A DNA stretch of 41,833 bases, from contig JABCSY010000027.1 of assembly GCA_018238625.1 (NCBI GenBank), positions 1 to 41,833 of the forward strand, read 5' to 3'. Below are positions 20,222-29,974 of the stretch, in pieces. Source of the DNA: Promethearchaeota archaeon (GTDB taxonomy: Archaea; Asgardarchaeota; Lokiarchaeia; Sigyniarchaeales; SOKP01). The notes beneath the pieces were generated by a model. That model had not been told where the DNA came from and searched no databases. It saw only the letters and a list, made by a program, of their open reading frames with translations. Numbering within the stretch: position 1 is the stretch's first letter; the number at the start of each line of letters is the position of its first letter. The position numbers were made by a program, and so were the translations under genes.

Positions 20222-20956
20222 ATGAGTTCTGATGAAAATATAAAAAAACTAAATAAAGAACTATCTGAATTATTAGAAAAAGAAATTAATAACAGAAAAA
20301 GCATTCTAGGCATCTCAATTTCAACTCACGGCGGAACACATCTCGTTAGTAAACTAAAAGAAGACATTACAATGACAAACTCTGAGATCTCTGCTGCGAG
20401 TAGTAGCTTAGTTTTTATATCTTCTAAAATATTAAAAGACTCGCTAAACCAGCAAATTTCGTATAATTTGATCACGGGAGAAAAAAGAATAATTCTATCT
20501 ATTTTAACTGAAAATATCGCTCTTATCGCTTACCTAAATAGAGAGATAGCTGAGCTTGAGGGTTTAGATTCTTATATAACTTCCTTGAGGAGATTTGCGG
20601 TAAAGATTTCTGCATTCGTAGAGACTAGCGATCTTATTAAAGAAGAAGTCTTCGTAGCCATTAAAAGATCAATCCCAAACGCATTAGTTATCGCGATAAT
20701 TACTAAAGATGGTTTGCCAATTAAAGTTCAATCTACTATGCCAGAGCCTATACTTTCAGCAATGACTTCCGCTATTTTCAATTTAGCGGGGATCCTTTTG
20801 GAAGAGGGATTAGAATTCTCGATTATAGGGGGCGAAAACGGTTCAATAATTATCCACGAATTAGATGAGAGTAGGATACTCGCAATCGCAGTTCCAGAAG
20901 CAGACGAGAGAAAATTAGGCTCCTACATTGCTAAGATTAAATCAATTATCAAATAA
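20222..20956 (+). CDS. Tandem roadblock/LC7 domain protein
   Basis: Two roadblock-like units (ILGISISTHGGTHLVS..ISAASSSL; VIAIITKDGLPIK..LSAMTSAIF..IIGGENGSIII). Confidence 0.8.
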   Translation: MSSDENIKKLNKELSELLEKEINNRKSILGISISTHGGTHLVSKLKEDITMTNSEISAASSSLVFISSKILKDSLNQQISYNLITGEKRIILSILTENIALIAYLNREIAELEGLDSYITSLRRFAVKISAFVETSDLIKEEVFVAIKRSIPNALVIAIITKDGLPIKVQSTMPEPILSAMTSAIFNLAGILLEEGLEFSIIGGENGSIIIHELDESRILAIAVPEADERKLGSYIAKIKSIIK

Positions 20957-20966
20957 ACTCTTAGAA

Positions 20967-22214
20967 TTATTTAATAATCTTTTTAATTTCATCAGCTACC
21001 TTTAGGCTTCCAAAATATGAACCAGAAAAGGTTTTAGCTTTAATTAGAATTGTACATAAAGGTTCTTTTTTGGAGATGTTTTTAATAGGTTCTGATTTAT
21101 CGTGTATGTATTTGAGATCGTTAATTTTGTTTAATTTGCGCTTATCAATTTCTTTTGGAGCAAAGAAAATCATCTTAGTAGCGAAATTTTCTATTTTTGA
21201 CTCCTTCAATTTCTCTTTAACGTATTCCCATCCTTCGAGGTCAAAACTCTTTACATGTAAATCTAACAAATTTATGTTCATTGCCTCTTCAGATACTCTG
21301 ATTGACCCCGGTATTCTTGGATTTATTTCCATTAAGTAAGGATAATGATCTTTTAATACAAAATCAAATCCATTGATTCCTCTTAATTTTAGTTTGATTG
21401 ATAATTTTAGCGAAATCTCAGCTATTAATTTTTTGTCCTCTTTAATAATATTAGCAGGCACTATATTCCCGCAATACATGAATTCTTTTGGGGCGTTAAG
21501 GAATTTTTCTCCGACTATTTGACGATTAATAGATATTACCTTGCTTTCTATTCCGTTAGATATAGTTGTACAACTTATTGGTAAACCTTCAATGTATTCT
21601 TGAACTAACCAATCTGTAGGATCAAAGTCTTGAGTTCTAATTACATTAAGAATAAAAGAAAATTCATCTCTATTATTTATTTTATATACATTAATTCCAC
21701 CAGAACCGCTTAGTTTTTTAAAAACAAAAGGATAACTTAATTGATTTATTTTGGATTTGACTTCGTCATATGAAGTTGAAGAAGGAACCTTGAATCCTAA
21801 ATTTTTCAAAAAATTGAAAATATAATCTATGTTGCGGCTCTTTTTAATTGCGTCTAAGCTATTATTAAGATTAAGGATTTTGTAATTTTTTCGATTTATC
21901 TCATTTAAAATAAGTTCTCTTTCTTCAAAAGCATCGTCTAAACCACTTCCGATAATTAGATACTTAATTTCAGGATGTTTGGCTAAAAGTTCCAATATAA
22001 GGTTTGGAAGGTATTCGCTATAATTATTTTTTATAACTTCGTAGTTAGCGTTTAATATTTTGGTAAGAATTAAACAATCTTTAACGCACGGATAAAGGTC
22101 TAAGTCTCCAAAGAAATCTACTGCATACACTTGGTAACCAGCTTTATATAACGAATAAGCTAAGGGGCGTGTGTTAAATCCAGCTACTAAAACAGATTCT
22201 ACTTTATGACCCAT
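20967..22214 (-). CDS. ATP-grasp protein (archaeal/methylotroph C1-cofactor-linked type)
   Basis: RPLAYS..AVDFFGDLD, KKLSGSGG, QEYIEG, GINGFDF and EINPR motifs. Confidence 0.85.
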   Translation of the reverse strand: MGHKVESVLVAGFNTRPLAYSLYKAGYQVYAVDFFGDLDLYPCVKDCLILTKILNANYEVIKNNYSEYLPNLILELLAKHPEIKYLIIGSGLDDAFEERELILNEINRKNYKILNLNNSLDAIKKSRNIDYIFNFLKNLGFKVPSSTSYDEVKSKINQLSYPFVFKKLSGSGGINVYKINNRDEFSFILNVIRTQDFDPTDWLVQEYIEGLPISCTTISNGIESKVISINRQIVGEKFLNAPKEFMYCGNIVPANIIKEDKKLIAEISLKLSIKLKLRGINGFDFVLKDHYPYLMEINPRIPGSIRVSEEAMNINLLDLHVKSFDLEGWEYVKEKLKESKIENFATKMIFFAPKEIDKRKLNKINDLKYIHDKSEPIKNISKKEPLCTILIKAKTFSGSYFGSLKVADEIKKIIK

Positions 22215-22259
22215 TAATTAAATAATAAAATAAGAACTTTAAGAACTTAATTCTTAAAA

Positions 22260-24502
22260 TTAAAGGATTTTCTTAAGTTCTAAAATTAAGTTTTTAGGGT
22301 TAATGCCATCGAATTGAAATATTTCTGCTTTTCCGTATTCTTTAAAGTTTCTTTTAATGTTGTCCGCTGCGAAGGTATTTACACCCAACGATTTTGTCGC
22401 GTATGACTTCCGCGGCTCTAAAACGACCATATGTGCTCCTTTCTTGGATAAATTCTTTGTTAATGCTTTTAATTCGTTAATAATTAATGTGTAGTCTGTT
22501 TGAACTTGAGCAATTAAATCAGGAAATTTATAGGAAATGTTAGCTCCGCAATCCGAACAGACGAAAACAACGGGAATCATATTTCTATTCTTTAGTTTTT
22601 CAGTGTTTATAAGCTTTAAGCATTTTATCAACGCTGCGGCCATAGGCGTGTAAGACTTTCCTTTAATCTTTTTCATTTTATTTACAGCAGTTTTAAAGTA
22701 AACCGTAGGTTTCTGAAGAACGATGGCTTCTTTTCCTCGAAAGATGATGAGGCTTATTTTATCCTTTTTCCGGTATCCCTCTCGTTGTAACGATAGAATA
22801 ACATCTGTCATTTGTTTAATTACGTAATGCATCGAAGCGGAACTGTCGAGTACAAAAAATAAAACTAATGGCGCGCGATATTCGTATACTTTGTCCATTA
22901 AATCGTATTTGTCAAATTTTATTGGAAAGTCTATATCCGTTTGATTGTATATAGTATTTTTCAAATAGGTCCTTATCGTTGCGTCAAGAGCTATGCTTTT
23001 AGGTCGATTAATAGGCTGTCGATATGAAACATACCTCCCCTTTTGAGAAGAAGCTATTTTTATGCGCCGCCCAATTCCTCTACCTCCGTAATCAGATATT
23101 TTTCGATCTTTTCGAATATTATCTAGTATCGAAGTCATTTTTTTTTCCATATTGTAAATTAATGGCATCGAACTTAATCCGTTATCAAAGAAATTAAAAT
23201 CTCGCTCTTCAATTTCGGGAATATCTTTTACTTTCCAGCCTCCACCAGGCGTTGGGTTTCTTTTTTTATTATCAGGGTATTTAGGGGGTGGAAGTTTCTG
23301 TTCTTTTGACTCTGGAATGTCAATTTTTCTTGGATCAACAGATTGTCTTTTGAATTCCTTTTGAGGGGTGTCATCGTGCTTTAACGGACCTTCAGTTTCT
23401 CTATTTGGTTGATAAATATTTGGATCCTCGTAAGCTTTTTGTATCTTTCCGTAAACTTCAAAGATTTTCGCTTTAACTTCTTCAGGAGTCATCTCGTAAT
23501 GGAGCGAGCGAATTCTATGTTCAAACACTAATTCCATAGCCGCATTTAAATCTTCTTCAATAACTTCCTTTCGACCGTTTAAAGCAGCGTGAGCTCTCGC
23601 GCATCGTATAAACGTAATATCTGCTCTTTGTGAAAAAATATCCAATTCGCTAACTAATTTAGATACGAATTCGTAAACGGTTGAGGGAATTTGGACTTCC
23701 TTTATAATTTGACGAGCATTCACGATTTTCTTTTTTAAATCTTCTTGTTCTTGCTCGTACTTCTTAATAAAATCCTTTGGGTTATCGTTAAAATCAATAA
23801 CACTCTTAGTTATTTCTGCTCGTAACTTGCTATCTCTAGGTGCTTTTATCTTAACCTCTAATCCAAGACGATCGGCTATCTGCGGTCGGAGCTCTCCCTT
23901 TCCGAATCCTAATTCGATATGAAAGTAGGATCTTCGGGGTTCATGCTTCCGACTAATACAAATCGAGATGGATGAGCAACTGAAATTCCTTCACGTTCTA
24001 TGATGTTAACACCAGAAGCAGCGGAATCTAAAAGCACATCAACAATATGATCTTGTAATAAATTAATCTCATCGACATATAAAATTCCTCGATTTGCTTT
24101 AGCAAGTAAGCCGGGATGAAGACTTCGGATTCCTTCAGTAAGTACTTTATCAATAGACAGTGAACCGCAGACCATATCTTCGGTTACTCCTAATGGTAAG
24201 TCAACGATAGGCATGCTTCTTTTAATTTTTTCCAAAGTTCCATTCTTATGTTTAATACGACACTCATCACACAAATCTTCAATCTCTGAACTTGGTTCGC
24301 ATGAAAATACGCATTCCTTAACCGCATCAAGCTCAGGCATTAGTTCAGCTAAGCTCCTCACAGCAGTCGATTTTCCAGTTCCTTGTTGCCCAGTTAGTAA
24401 TACTCCACTAATTTGAGGGTCAATAACATTTAAAATGAGAGCCATTTTCATTTTATCTTGACCGAGTATTGCTGTAAATGGGAAATTAATCCTTTTTACC
24501 AT
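22260..24502 (-). CDS. ChlI/ChlD-like chelatase-family AAA+ ATPase fused to vWA; predicted spliced CDS join(23932..24502,22260..23899), 736 aa
   Basis: FPFTAILGQ, Walker A GQQGTGKS, PGLLAKANRGILYVDE, NPEEGELRPQIADR (after removing the 32 nt), RAHAALNGR, Pro-rich linker, MIDAS DSSAS. The spliced length of 2211 nt is in frame with no stops. Confidence 0.88.
23900..23931 (-). other. Putative 32-nt bulge-helix-bulge/loop (BHB/BHL) mRNA intron
   Basis: Sense sequence AUCCUACUUUCAUAUCGAAUUAGGAUUCGGAA. Central helix CCGA/UCGG, bulges AG^A and AA^A, intron stem UCCUA/UAGGA, exon-exon pairs CC/GG. Carries an in-frame UAG. Confidence 0.8.
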
Positions 24503-24637
24503 GACGAGTTGAGAAAAACTTCATTTGTATTAAAAATTTCCCCTAATTACAAATTATTATAGTTATTAATTAATTTAAAAGAAAAATGAGGTTGGTTTTT
24601 TCAAATATGAAAAATTAATTATTTAGTTTTAAGAATC

Positions 24638-25588
24638 TTAGAATTTGTTAGCAATTTCTGCCAATTTTACGCCTAGTTTTTCAACAGTTTCGTCCCATTT
24701 AGACATTATCTCTTTTATTTTCGGAACAATACTTTCTCTTTCTTTATACTCCAAATAATTCGTGAATTCCTTGATATTTTCTATTTTAATAAAAGTTTCA
24801 GCCACAAATTTGCGAATATCTCGAGTCTGAATGTTTAAAACTTCTTCTACTCTACTCGATTCCCCCTTTCTAAGTAACGTAGTTAAATACTCTTCCGTTC
24901 CTTGCAATAACGAATTCAGTTCGTTAACCCTATCGGTTACGAACTTATCGTATGTTTCAAATATGTTGTCTTTAGGGAACATATTAGTAATGTCGATTAC
25001 AAATTTCTGCGTTAATACGACCAATTGCTCCATGCTTTCATATCCTTCAATTTTGTAGTCTGTAGTATGATACGATGCCTGAATTCCTTTGGTAACATCA
25101 TCTAATCTAAATATCTTAAAACCAGGATCGTTTTTCAGCGGTTTCAATGGATCCCCTTTTTTATTAGGAAGCTCTATTTGTCTTACTAACCTATCTGGAT
25201 TAAACACGAGCGATATCGCGAGCGGATTATTGATTTGATAGCTCAATGTCGTTTTGATATCTATGTGGCTCATCATAATTTTGAATCCGGGGTGAGAGTG
25301 CCACCATCCTACTGTAAATTCGTTCCTCGAAAACGCTTCGTCGTCTATAATATATAGTGCTTCGTAATCTTCGTCGCTCCACTTATATTGATCGATAACA
25401 GCGTCTTTATCTAATTTTTGATGCATTATAGGGTAAGCTTTTGTAATAAGGACGTCTTTTCCTTCGTTTTTTCCTATAAAAATGCCTGAAACTTCAAGCC
25501 AATCGTCTTTATCAATGCGTCTATTAGCCTGTCTCACGCAAGCAGCTACTATAGTTAAATAAACATCTTTAGGGATAAGAACTGTCAT
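24638..25588 (-). CDS. MPN/JAMM metalloprotease (Rpn11/CSN5-like) with helical C-terminus
   Basis: LEVSG and VGWWHSHPGFKIMMSHID form a complete E..HxH-x7-S-xx-D motif. Confidence 0.9.
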   Translation of the reverse strand: MTVLIPKDVYLTIVAACVRQANRRIDKDDWLEVSGIFIGKNEGKDVLITKAYPIMHQKLDKDAVIDQYKWSDEDYEALYIIDDEAFSRNEFTVGWWHSHPGFKIMMSHIDIKTTLSYQINNPLAISLVFNPDRLVRQIELPNKKGDPLKPLKNDPGFKIFRLDDVTKGIQASYHTTDYKIEGYESMEQLVVLTQKFVIDITNMFPKDNIFETYDKFVTDRVNELNSLLQGTEEYLTTLLRKGESSRVEEVLNIQTRDIRKFVAETFIKIENIKEFTNYLEYKERESIVPKIKEIMSKWDETVEKLGVKLAEIANKF

Positions 25589-25803
25589 ATTTTAATTATA
25601 AATATATAGTTTTTTGATAACTTTATACTATTACGTGTATTTATGTGTTATTTTTTGAAGAATTTTTTTTATTATAAAAAAACCAAACACCCACAAATAC
25701 TAATTTATATAAATTCAAAAATTATGATTATATTATTACTTTTAATTAAATTAACTGCAATTCCAACTAATTTAAATCGTATAGCAAAGGATAGTTGATT
25801 AAA

Positions 25804-26454
25804 ATGGCAGAAAAAGGATTTGAACCGTTATCGAGTCAGTTAGGGATCCCTGGAACGTCGTACAGAGTCCAATTAGGGCTTATAAACGACAAGTTTGCAA
25901 CTCGTTTGCTAAAAGGAAAGTCTATTATTGACTCATATGTTTTTAAGGATGAAGATATAAGTGAATCTGGTATTCCTAACCAAAATCTTATAGTTGGCTG
26001 GGTGTTGCGAACGGTAGCAATCCCAAATATAAATCCTCATCAAGTCATGAAAACCACCCAAGCTTTGGTAAAGCAAGCTATTGCGAAAAAAGAACAAAAA
26101 AAAGTTGTTGCCCCTGTTTCGGAAACTAGTAAAGTAGAGTTAGAAAAGGTTCCTGAAAGCGAATTAAAAAGACCAAAAGTGACAGGGTGGGTTAAAGAGG
26201 AGGGGATGAAGTCGATCCAAGAACTAGAAGAAGAAAAGCGCCAAGCTTTCCAAGAGAGAATGAAGATAATAAAGGAGGAAAAACGGGCGCAATCGGGCGG
26301 TACTGCTCCATCTATGTTGAGAACTACAAGAAAATTGCCTACGATTCCAAAAGGAGAAGGGGTTTCATCTTCTACATTTTGCCCTAGTTGTGGAAAAGAC
26401 TTGGATTGGAAATATTGTCCCTACTGCGGAAAACCTTTACCATCACCCAATTAA
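25804..26454 (+). CDS. Hypothetical protein with C-terminal double zinc ribbon
   Basis: FCPSCGK..YCPYCGK at the C-terminus; charged, low-complexity middle; globular N-terminus. Confidence 0.8.
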   Translation: MAEKGFEPLSSQLGIPGTSYRVQLGLINDKFATRLLKGKSIIDSYVFKDEDISESGIPNQNLIVGWVLRTVAIPNINPHQVMKTTQALVKQAIAKKEQKKVVAPVSETSKVELEKVPESELKRPKVTGWVKEEGMKSIQELEEEKRQAFQERMKIIKEEKRAQSGGTAPSMLRTTRKLPTIPKGEGVSSSTFCPSCGKDLDWKYCPYCGKPLPSPN

Positions 26455-26672
26455 TGAAATTTTGATTTTATTTTATATTTCCTTATTATAACTACTTCTT
26501 AATTTACATTTTAATACTACTTTTTTGAAATATGTATAATCAATTTTCTAAATTTTCAATTACCAATAAAAAAGATATAAAATTATATTTTATATTAAGT
26601 GTTTAAAATTAAAATGGTTTAAAGTATAAATATAACAAAAATATTTTGTTTAAATAAGTAAAGTGATTGAAA

Positions 26673-28127
26673 ATGGGGAAAGATGTGGATAACAGCGTAG
26701 TAATGATCAAATCTCTCGCGTATTATAAGATGATATTACACGTATTACGTTTTGGAAATAAAGCCCGAAATAATTCTCAATGTATCGAAGTAATGGGAGT
26801 ACTTATTGGACACCTCGAAGATGGCGAAGATAAAAAATTTAAGAATGTCATTATTGAGGATGCCATACCAGTTTCTCATGGGAGCAGCGTAGAAGTAGAA
26901 TTCTCGATTAACGATTATATATTTTTTGAAAAAGCGAATTCCATGTTCTTAGAAAAGAATTGGTTCATGGTTGGCTGGTATCATTCACATCCAAATTTGT
27001 TTCAGCACAAAATTTTCTTTTCACCTACAGACGTTAAAAACCAGTTTGGTTGGCAAAACGAATTGAACCCTAGTGGAATCGCGTTGGTTTTTGATCATGC
27101 TTATTTAGATAAGTCCGACGATCCTGGATTTAGAGCAATTCGATTGACTAATCCATCAAACATTCGAGATTCAAATGTTCACCAAGTTAAGACAATTGTT
27201 GAGACACCAGATAATTTTGACTATTACTTTAAAATTATAGAATTAATAAATAATGTACACTCGAGAGAACCTCCCATCACTGAGGAGAACGAAACGGTGG
27301 GCATATTTGGGGATGTAAAGGTTCCTGAGCTTAGCCAATTGCAGTTTAAGCAGCCAGAAATAAATCCACGTAAAATAGTTGATTCTTTTCAAGTAGGACT
27401 CGCTAATTTTTTGGATTTATCGTTAACTCCTTTAATAAGTTTCCTAAATTCTCTTAGCGTAAATATTTCAGCAAATATAGAAGGTAATAATATAAAAATT
27501 AGAAAAGATTTAACTCTTTTAAAAGAAATGATAAACGCGGGAATTGATAAAATACAGAGGAAATACAAGGACGATTTAAATTCTGAGTTATTCAAGGCGG
27601 AAGGGTATGTAGACGATTTCCTAGACCAAATTGACGGATATCAAGCAGAAATTGCCGAGTTACTAAAAGAGATTAATGTTATCGTTAAAGAAAAAGTTGA
27701 TACGCTATTTAAAGAAAAGTTCGAAGGGGTAATAAATGATTTCTCGAGAGATTTTGATGATTGCCAGAAAAAATTGATAAATTATAATGGTGGTGTGTCT
27801 GTTAATCTTAGTAATTTAGAGAAACTAGAAAAATCATTAAGTTCCTTATCTGAACAAATAAAATCAGTAAAAAATGCCACTCTTGATAAGATAAAAACAA
27901 TGCAAAAAGAAACTTACGATATGACTTCAAAAAAACACAATATAGCATTAAATAACTTGAACAACCTTAATAAAAAGTCGCAAAAATTCTTAACGAATTT
28001 AAAAGCCGCTGTTTTGATTTTGGAGGGGACGAAAGCTCCTATTTTAGAGAAAATTGATAAATTAGAATCTGAAAAAAAACAACTATTACTAAAAATTAAG
28101 AAGCTAGAAGAGGGAGGTAACAAATAA
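26673..28127 (+). CDS. MPN/JAMM domain + long coiled-coil protein
   Basis: IEVMGVLIG and VGWYHSHPNLFQHKIFFSPTD, followed by about 250 aa of heptad-rich helix. Confidence 0.88.
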   Translation: MGKDVDNSVVMIKSLAYYKMILHVLRFGNKARNNSQCIEVMGVLIGHLEDGEDKKFKNVIIEDAIPVSHGSSVEVEFSINDYIFFEKANSMFLEKNWFMVGWYHSHPNLFQHKIFFSPTDVKNQFGWQNELNPSGIALVFDHAYLDKSDDPGFRAIRLTNPSNIRDSNVHQVKTIVETPDNFDYYFKIIELINNVHSREPPITEENETVGIFGDVKVPELSQLQFKQPEINPRKIVDSFQVGLANFLDLSLTPLISFLNSLSVNISANIEGNNIKIRKDLTLLKEMINAGIDKIQRKYKDDLNSELFKAEGYVDDFLDQIDGYQAEIAELLKEINVIVKEKVDTLFKEKFEGVINDFSRDFDDCQKKLINYNGGVSVNLSNLEKLEKSLSSLSEQIKSVKNATLDKIKTMQKETYDMTSKKHNIALNNLNNLNKKSQKFLTNLKAAVLILEGTKAPILEKIDKLESEKKQLLLKIKKLEEGGNK

Positions 28128-28129
28128 AG

Positions 28130-29512
28130 ATGACGGAAAACAATAGAGAAATTAGCGAGAAAGGTAGAGTTTTCATTGAAATGACTCCTTTTAAGGATAT
28201 GTTTACCCATGTATTAAGGTTTGCTAACGTTGTACTAGAATATAACGAACAGGTTCTTGGATTTTGCATTGGAAAAAAGAACCCTGATAACGATAACATT
28301 ACCATAACAAAGATTATTCCAATCACGCATGGAGATGAAGTAGAATTAGGTTTTTCGGAAAAGATTCACAAATCACTTATTCAAATCCAAGAAGAAGCTT
28401 CAAACGAGAATCTTGTAGTCGTAGGATGGTATCACTCGCATCCTGAGGCTGAAACCCTTTTCTTTTCTGAAGTTGATAAAAAAAATCACCTTTATTTTCA
28501 GAACGAAAAATTCAAATATGGATTTGGAATTGTTTTCGACCATTCCAAAATGAAAAAATCAGATAATTTTGGTTTAGAAGTTTTTCGATTAGAAAATTTC
28601 TCAAAAGGAGATAAAAGCGATTATATAAGAGTTAAACACGAAATAGAGGTACCAAACTCTTTAGACTTTTATAAATGGGTTCAGAGATTCGTTGAATATG
28701 GACAAACAAAAAGTCCTATAATAATTAAGGAAAGATTAGAATTAAGAGAACAAGTTCCGCGCGACCTTCAAGAAATTCCGATGTCCACGGAGCAATTGGA
28801 AATGGAAATCGATTTAGAATACCAAGATATTAATCCAGTTGCAGATGGTTTTAAAAAAGGATTACAAAATTTTTCGAACTTAGTTTTAAATGATTACAAA
28901 TCGGAATTAGAAACTTGGTCGTCTGAATTTAACGACGGCGCGTTAAAAGGTCTAAATAAAATTAGTGACTCGCTAGCACAAATGAATTTAACAATAGATA
29001 ATGGTTTTGAAAGAGTAGAAAAATGGATCGAAACGAAGTTTAAAGAAAGAATTAACGAATATAAAGAAAAAGTAGAAGGATACGTAAATAAGCGCCTTTC
29101 AGGACAAGAAAGTTTGAAAGCTAATACAAGCGAAACTAAAGAAATCTTAACGAGCGAGATAAACAAACACTTAGAGCAGAGTATCGATTATATCACTAAG
29201 TCGATTAAAAAAGATCTCAACGAGATTATTAACAAACTATACGAAGTTTCGATGCAAGATGCGAAGATAAAAGAAAGAATTGAAATTTCAACTAAAGAGA
29301 TTTCAAGTTTGACGGAACAAATCCAAAATCTCTCGATTGATATGTTGAAAGGGATAAGTGCGATAAACCACCCTTTCGAAACAAATCTATCTACTAACTA
29401 CGATAAATTAATCACGGAACTTGAACCATTCAAAGACAATTTTGACGAATTTGAGACATTTATTGAGAGGTTGCAAAAGATAATTCCTGATTTTCGCAAT
29501 ATTAAAAAATAG
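28130..29512 (+). CDS. MPN domain + long coiled-coil protein (paralogue; Gln at the canonical catalytic Glu position)
   Basis: EQVLGFCIG and VGWYHSHPEAETLFFSEVD; starts 2 bp after the upstream paralogue, with GGAGGT SD. Confidence 0.88.
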   Translation: MTENNREISEKGRVFIEMTPFKDMFTHVLRFANVVLEYNEQVLGFCIGKKNPDNDNITITKIIPITHGDEVELGFSEKIHKSLIQIQEEASNENLVVVGWYHSHPEAETLFFSEVDKKNHLYFQNEKFKYGFGIVFDHSKMKKSDNFGLEVFRLENFSKGDKSDYIRVKHEIEVPNSLDFYKWVQRFVEYGQTKSPIIIKERLELREQVPRDLQEIPMSTEQLEMEIDLEYQDINPVADGFKKGLQNFSNLVLNDYKSELETWSSEFNDGALKGLNKISDSLAQMNLTIDNGFERVEKWIETKFKERINEYKEKVEGYVNKRLSGQESLKANTSETKEILTSEINKHLEQSIDYITKSIKKDLNEIINKLYEVSMQDAKIKERIEISTKEISSLTEQIQNLSIDMLKGISAINHPFETNLSTNYDKLITELEPFKDNFDEFETFIERLQKIIPDFRNIKK

Positions 29513-29537
29513 TTTTTTCTTCAATATTTTTAGACTA

Positions 29538-29861
29538 CTAAAAATACTTAAGGCTGGAAACTTTCGAAATTTGCAATTTATATTTAGGAATACGAGTAGA
29601 TAATTTTGCTAATTGATTTCTTTTCGCTACTGAGCTTAGTACTCTTCCAATTCGATCCACTTTAATATCTATTGCAAAATTATCTTTTAAAATGGAATTT
29701 ACTTTGTAGGAAGATAGAATAACTACACTGGAAATGTTTTTCTCGCACAACATTTCAATAGCTTGTTTAACTAGCTTTGTTAACGCTTCTTTATCTGGTT
29801 GATGTTGATTTTCCATATGCACTATATTATTATTTTTGAGTCCTTTTAAAATTTTCACCAA
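29538..29861 (-). CDS. Small basic hypothetical protein, possibly winged-helix
   Basis: Helix pattern SSYKVNSILKD..KVDRIGRVLSSVAK; the start may be the internal Met. Confidence 0.55.
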   Translation of the reverse strand: MVKILKGLKNNNIVHMENQHQPDKEALTKLVKQAIEMLCEKNISSVVILSSYKVNSILKDNFAIDIKVDRIGRVLSSVAKRNQLAKLSTRIPKYKLQISKVSSLKYF

Positions 29862-29974
29862 TAAAACAACATGTGATATGCAATTTGGTTCGTTTTATTT
29901 AATTTAATTCATTTAAAAAAATAATCAATTTTTTTTTTTGATGCTCTACAATATTCTGTCCTATAGTCTGAAAA

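Noticed and set aside
22260-24502. Two separate genes (ChlI fragment and vWA protein), a simple sequencing frameshift, or an intein
   Set aside because: The break falls inside a conserved motif, 23724-23899 is clearly coding, and exactly 32 structured extra nucleotides explain it. The insert has a stop codon and is far too short for an intein.
22260-24502. Evidence for chlorophyll synthesis
   Set aside because: ChlI/ChlD-like proteins are widespread in non-phototrophic archaea, and no other bch/chl genes are present.
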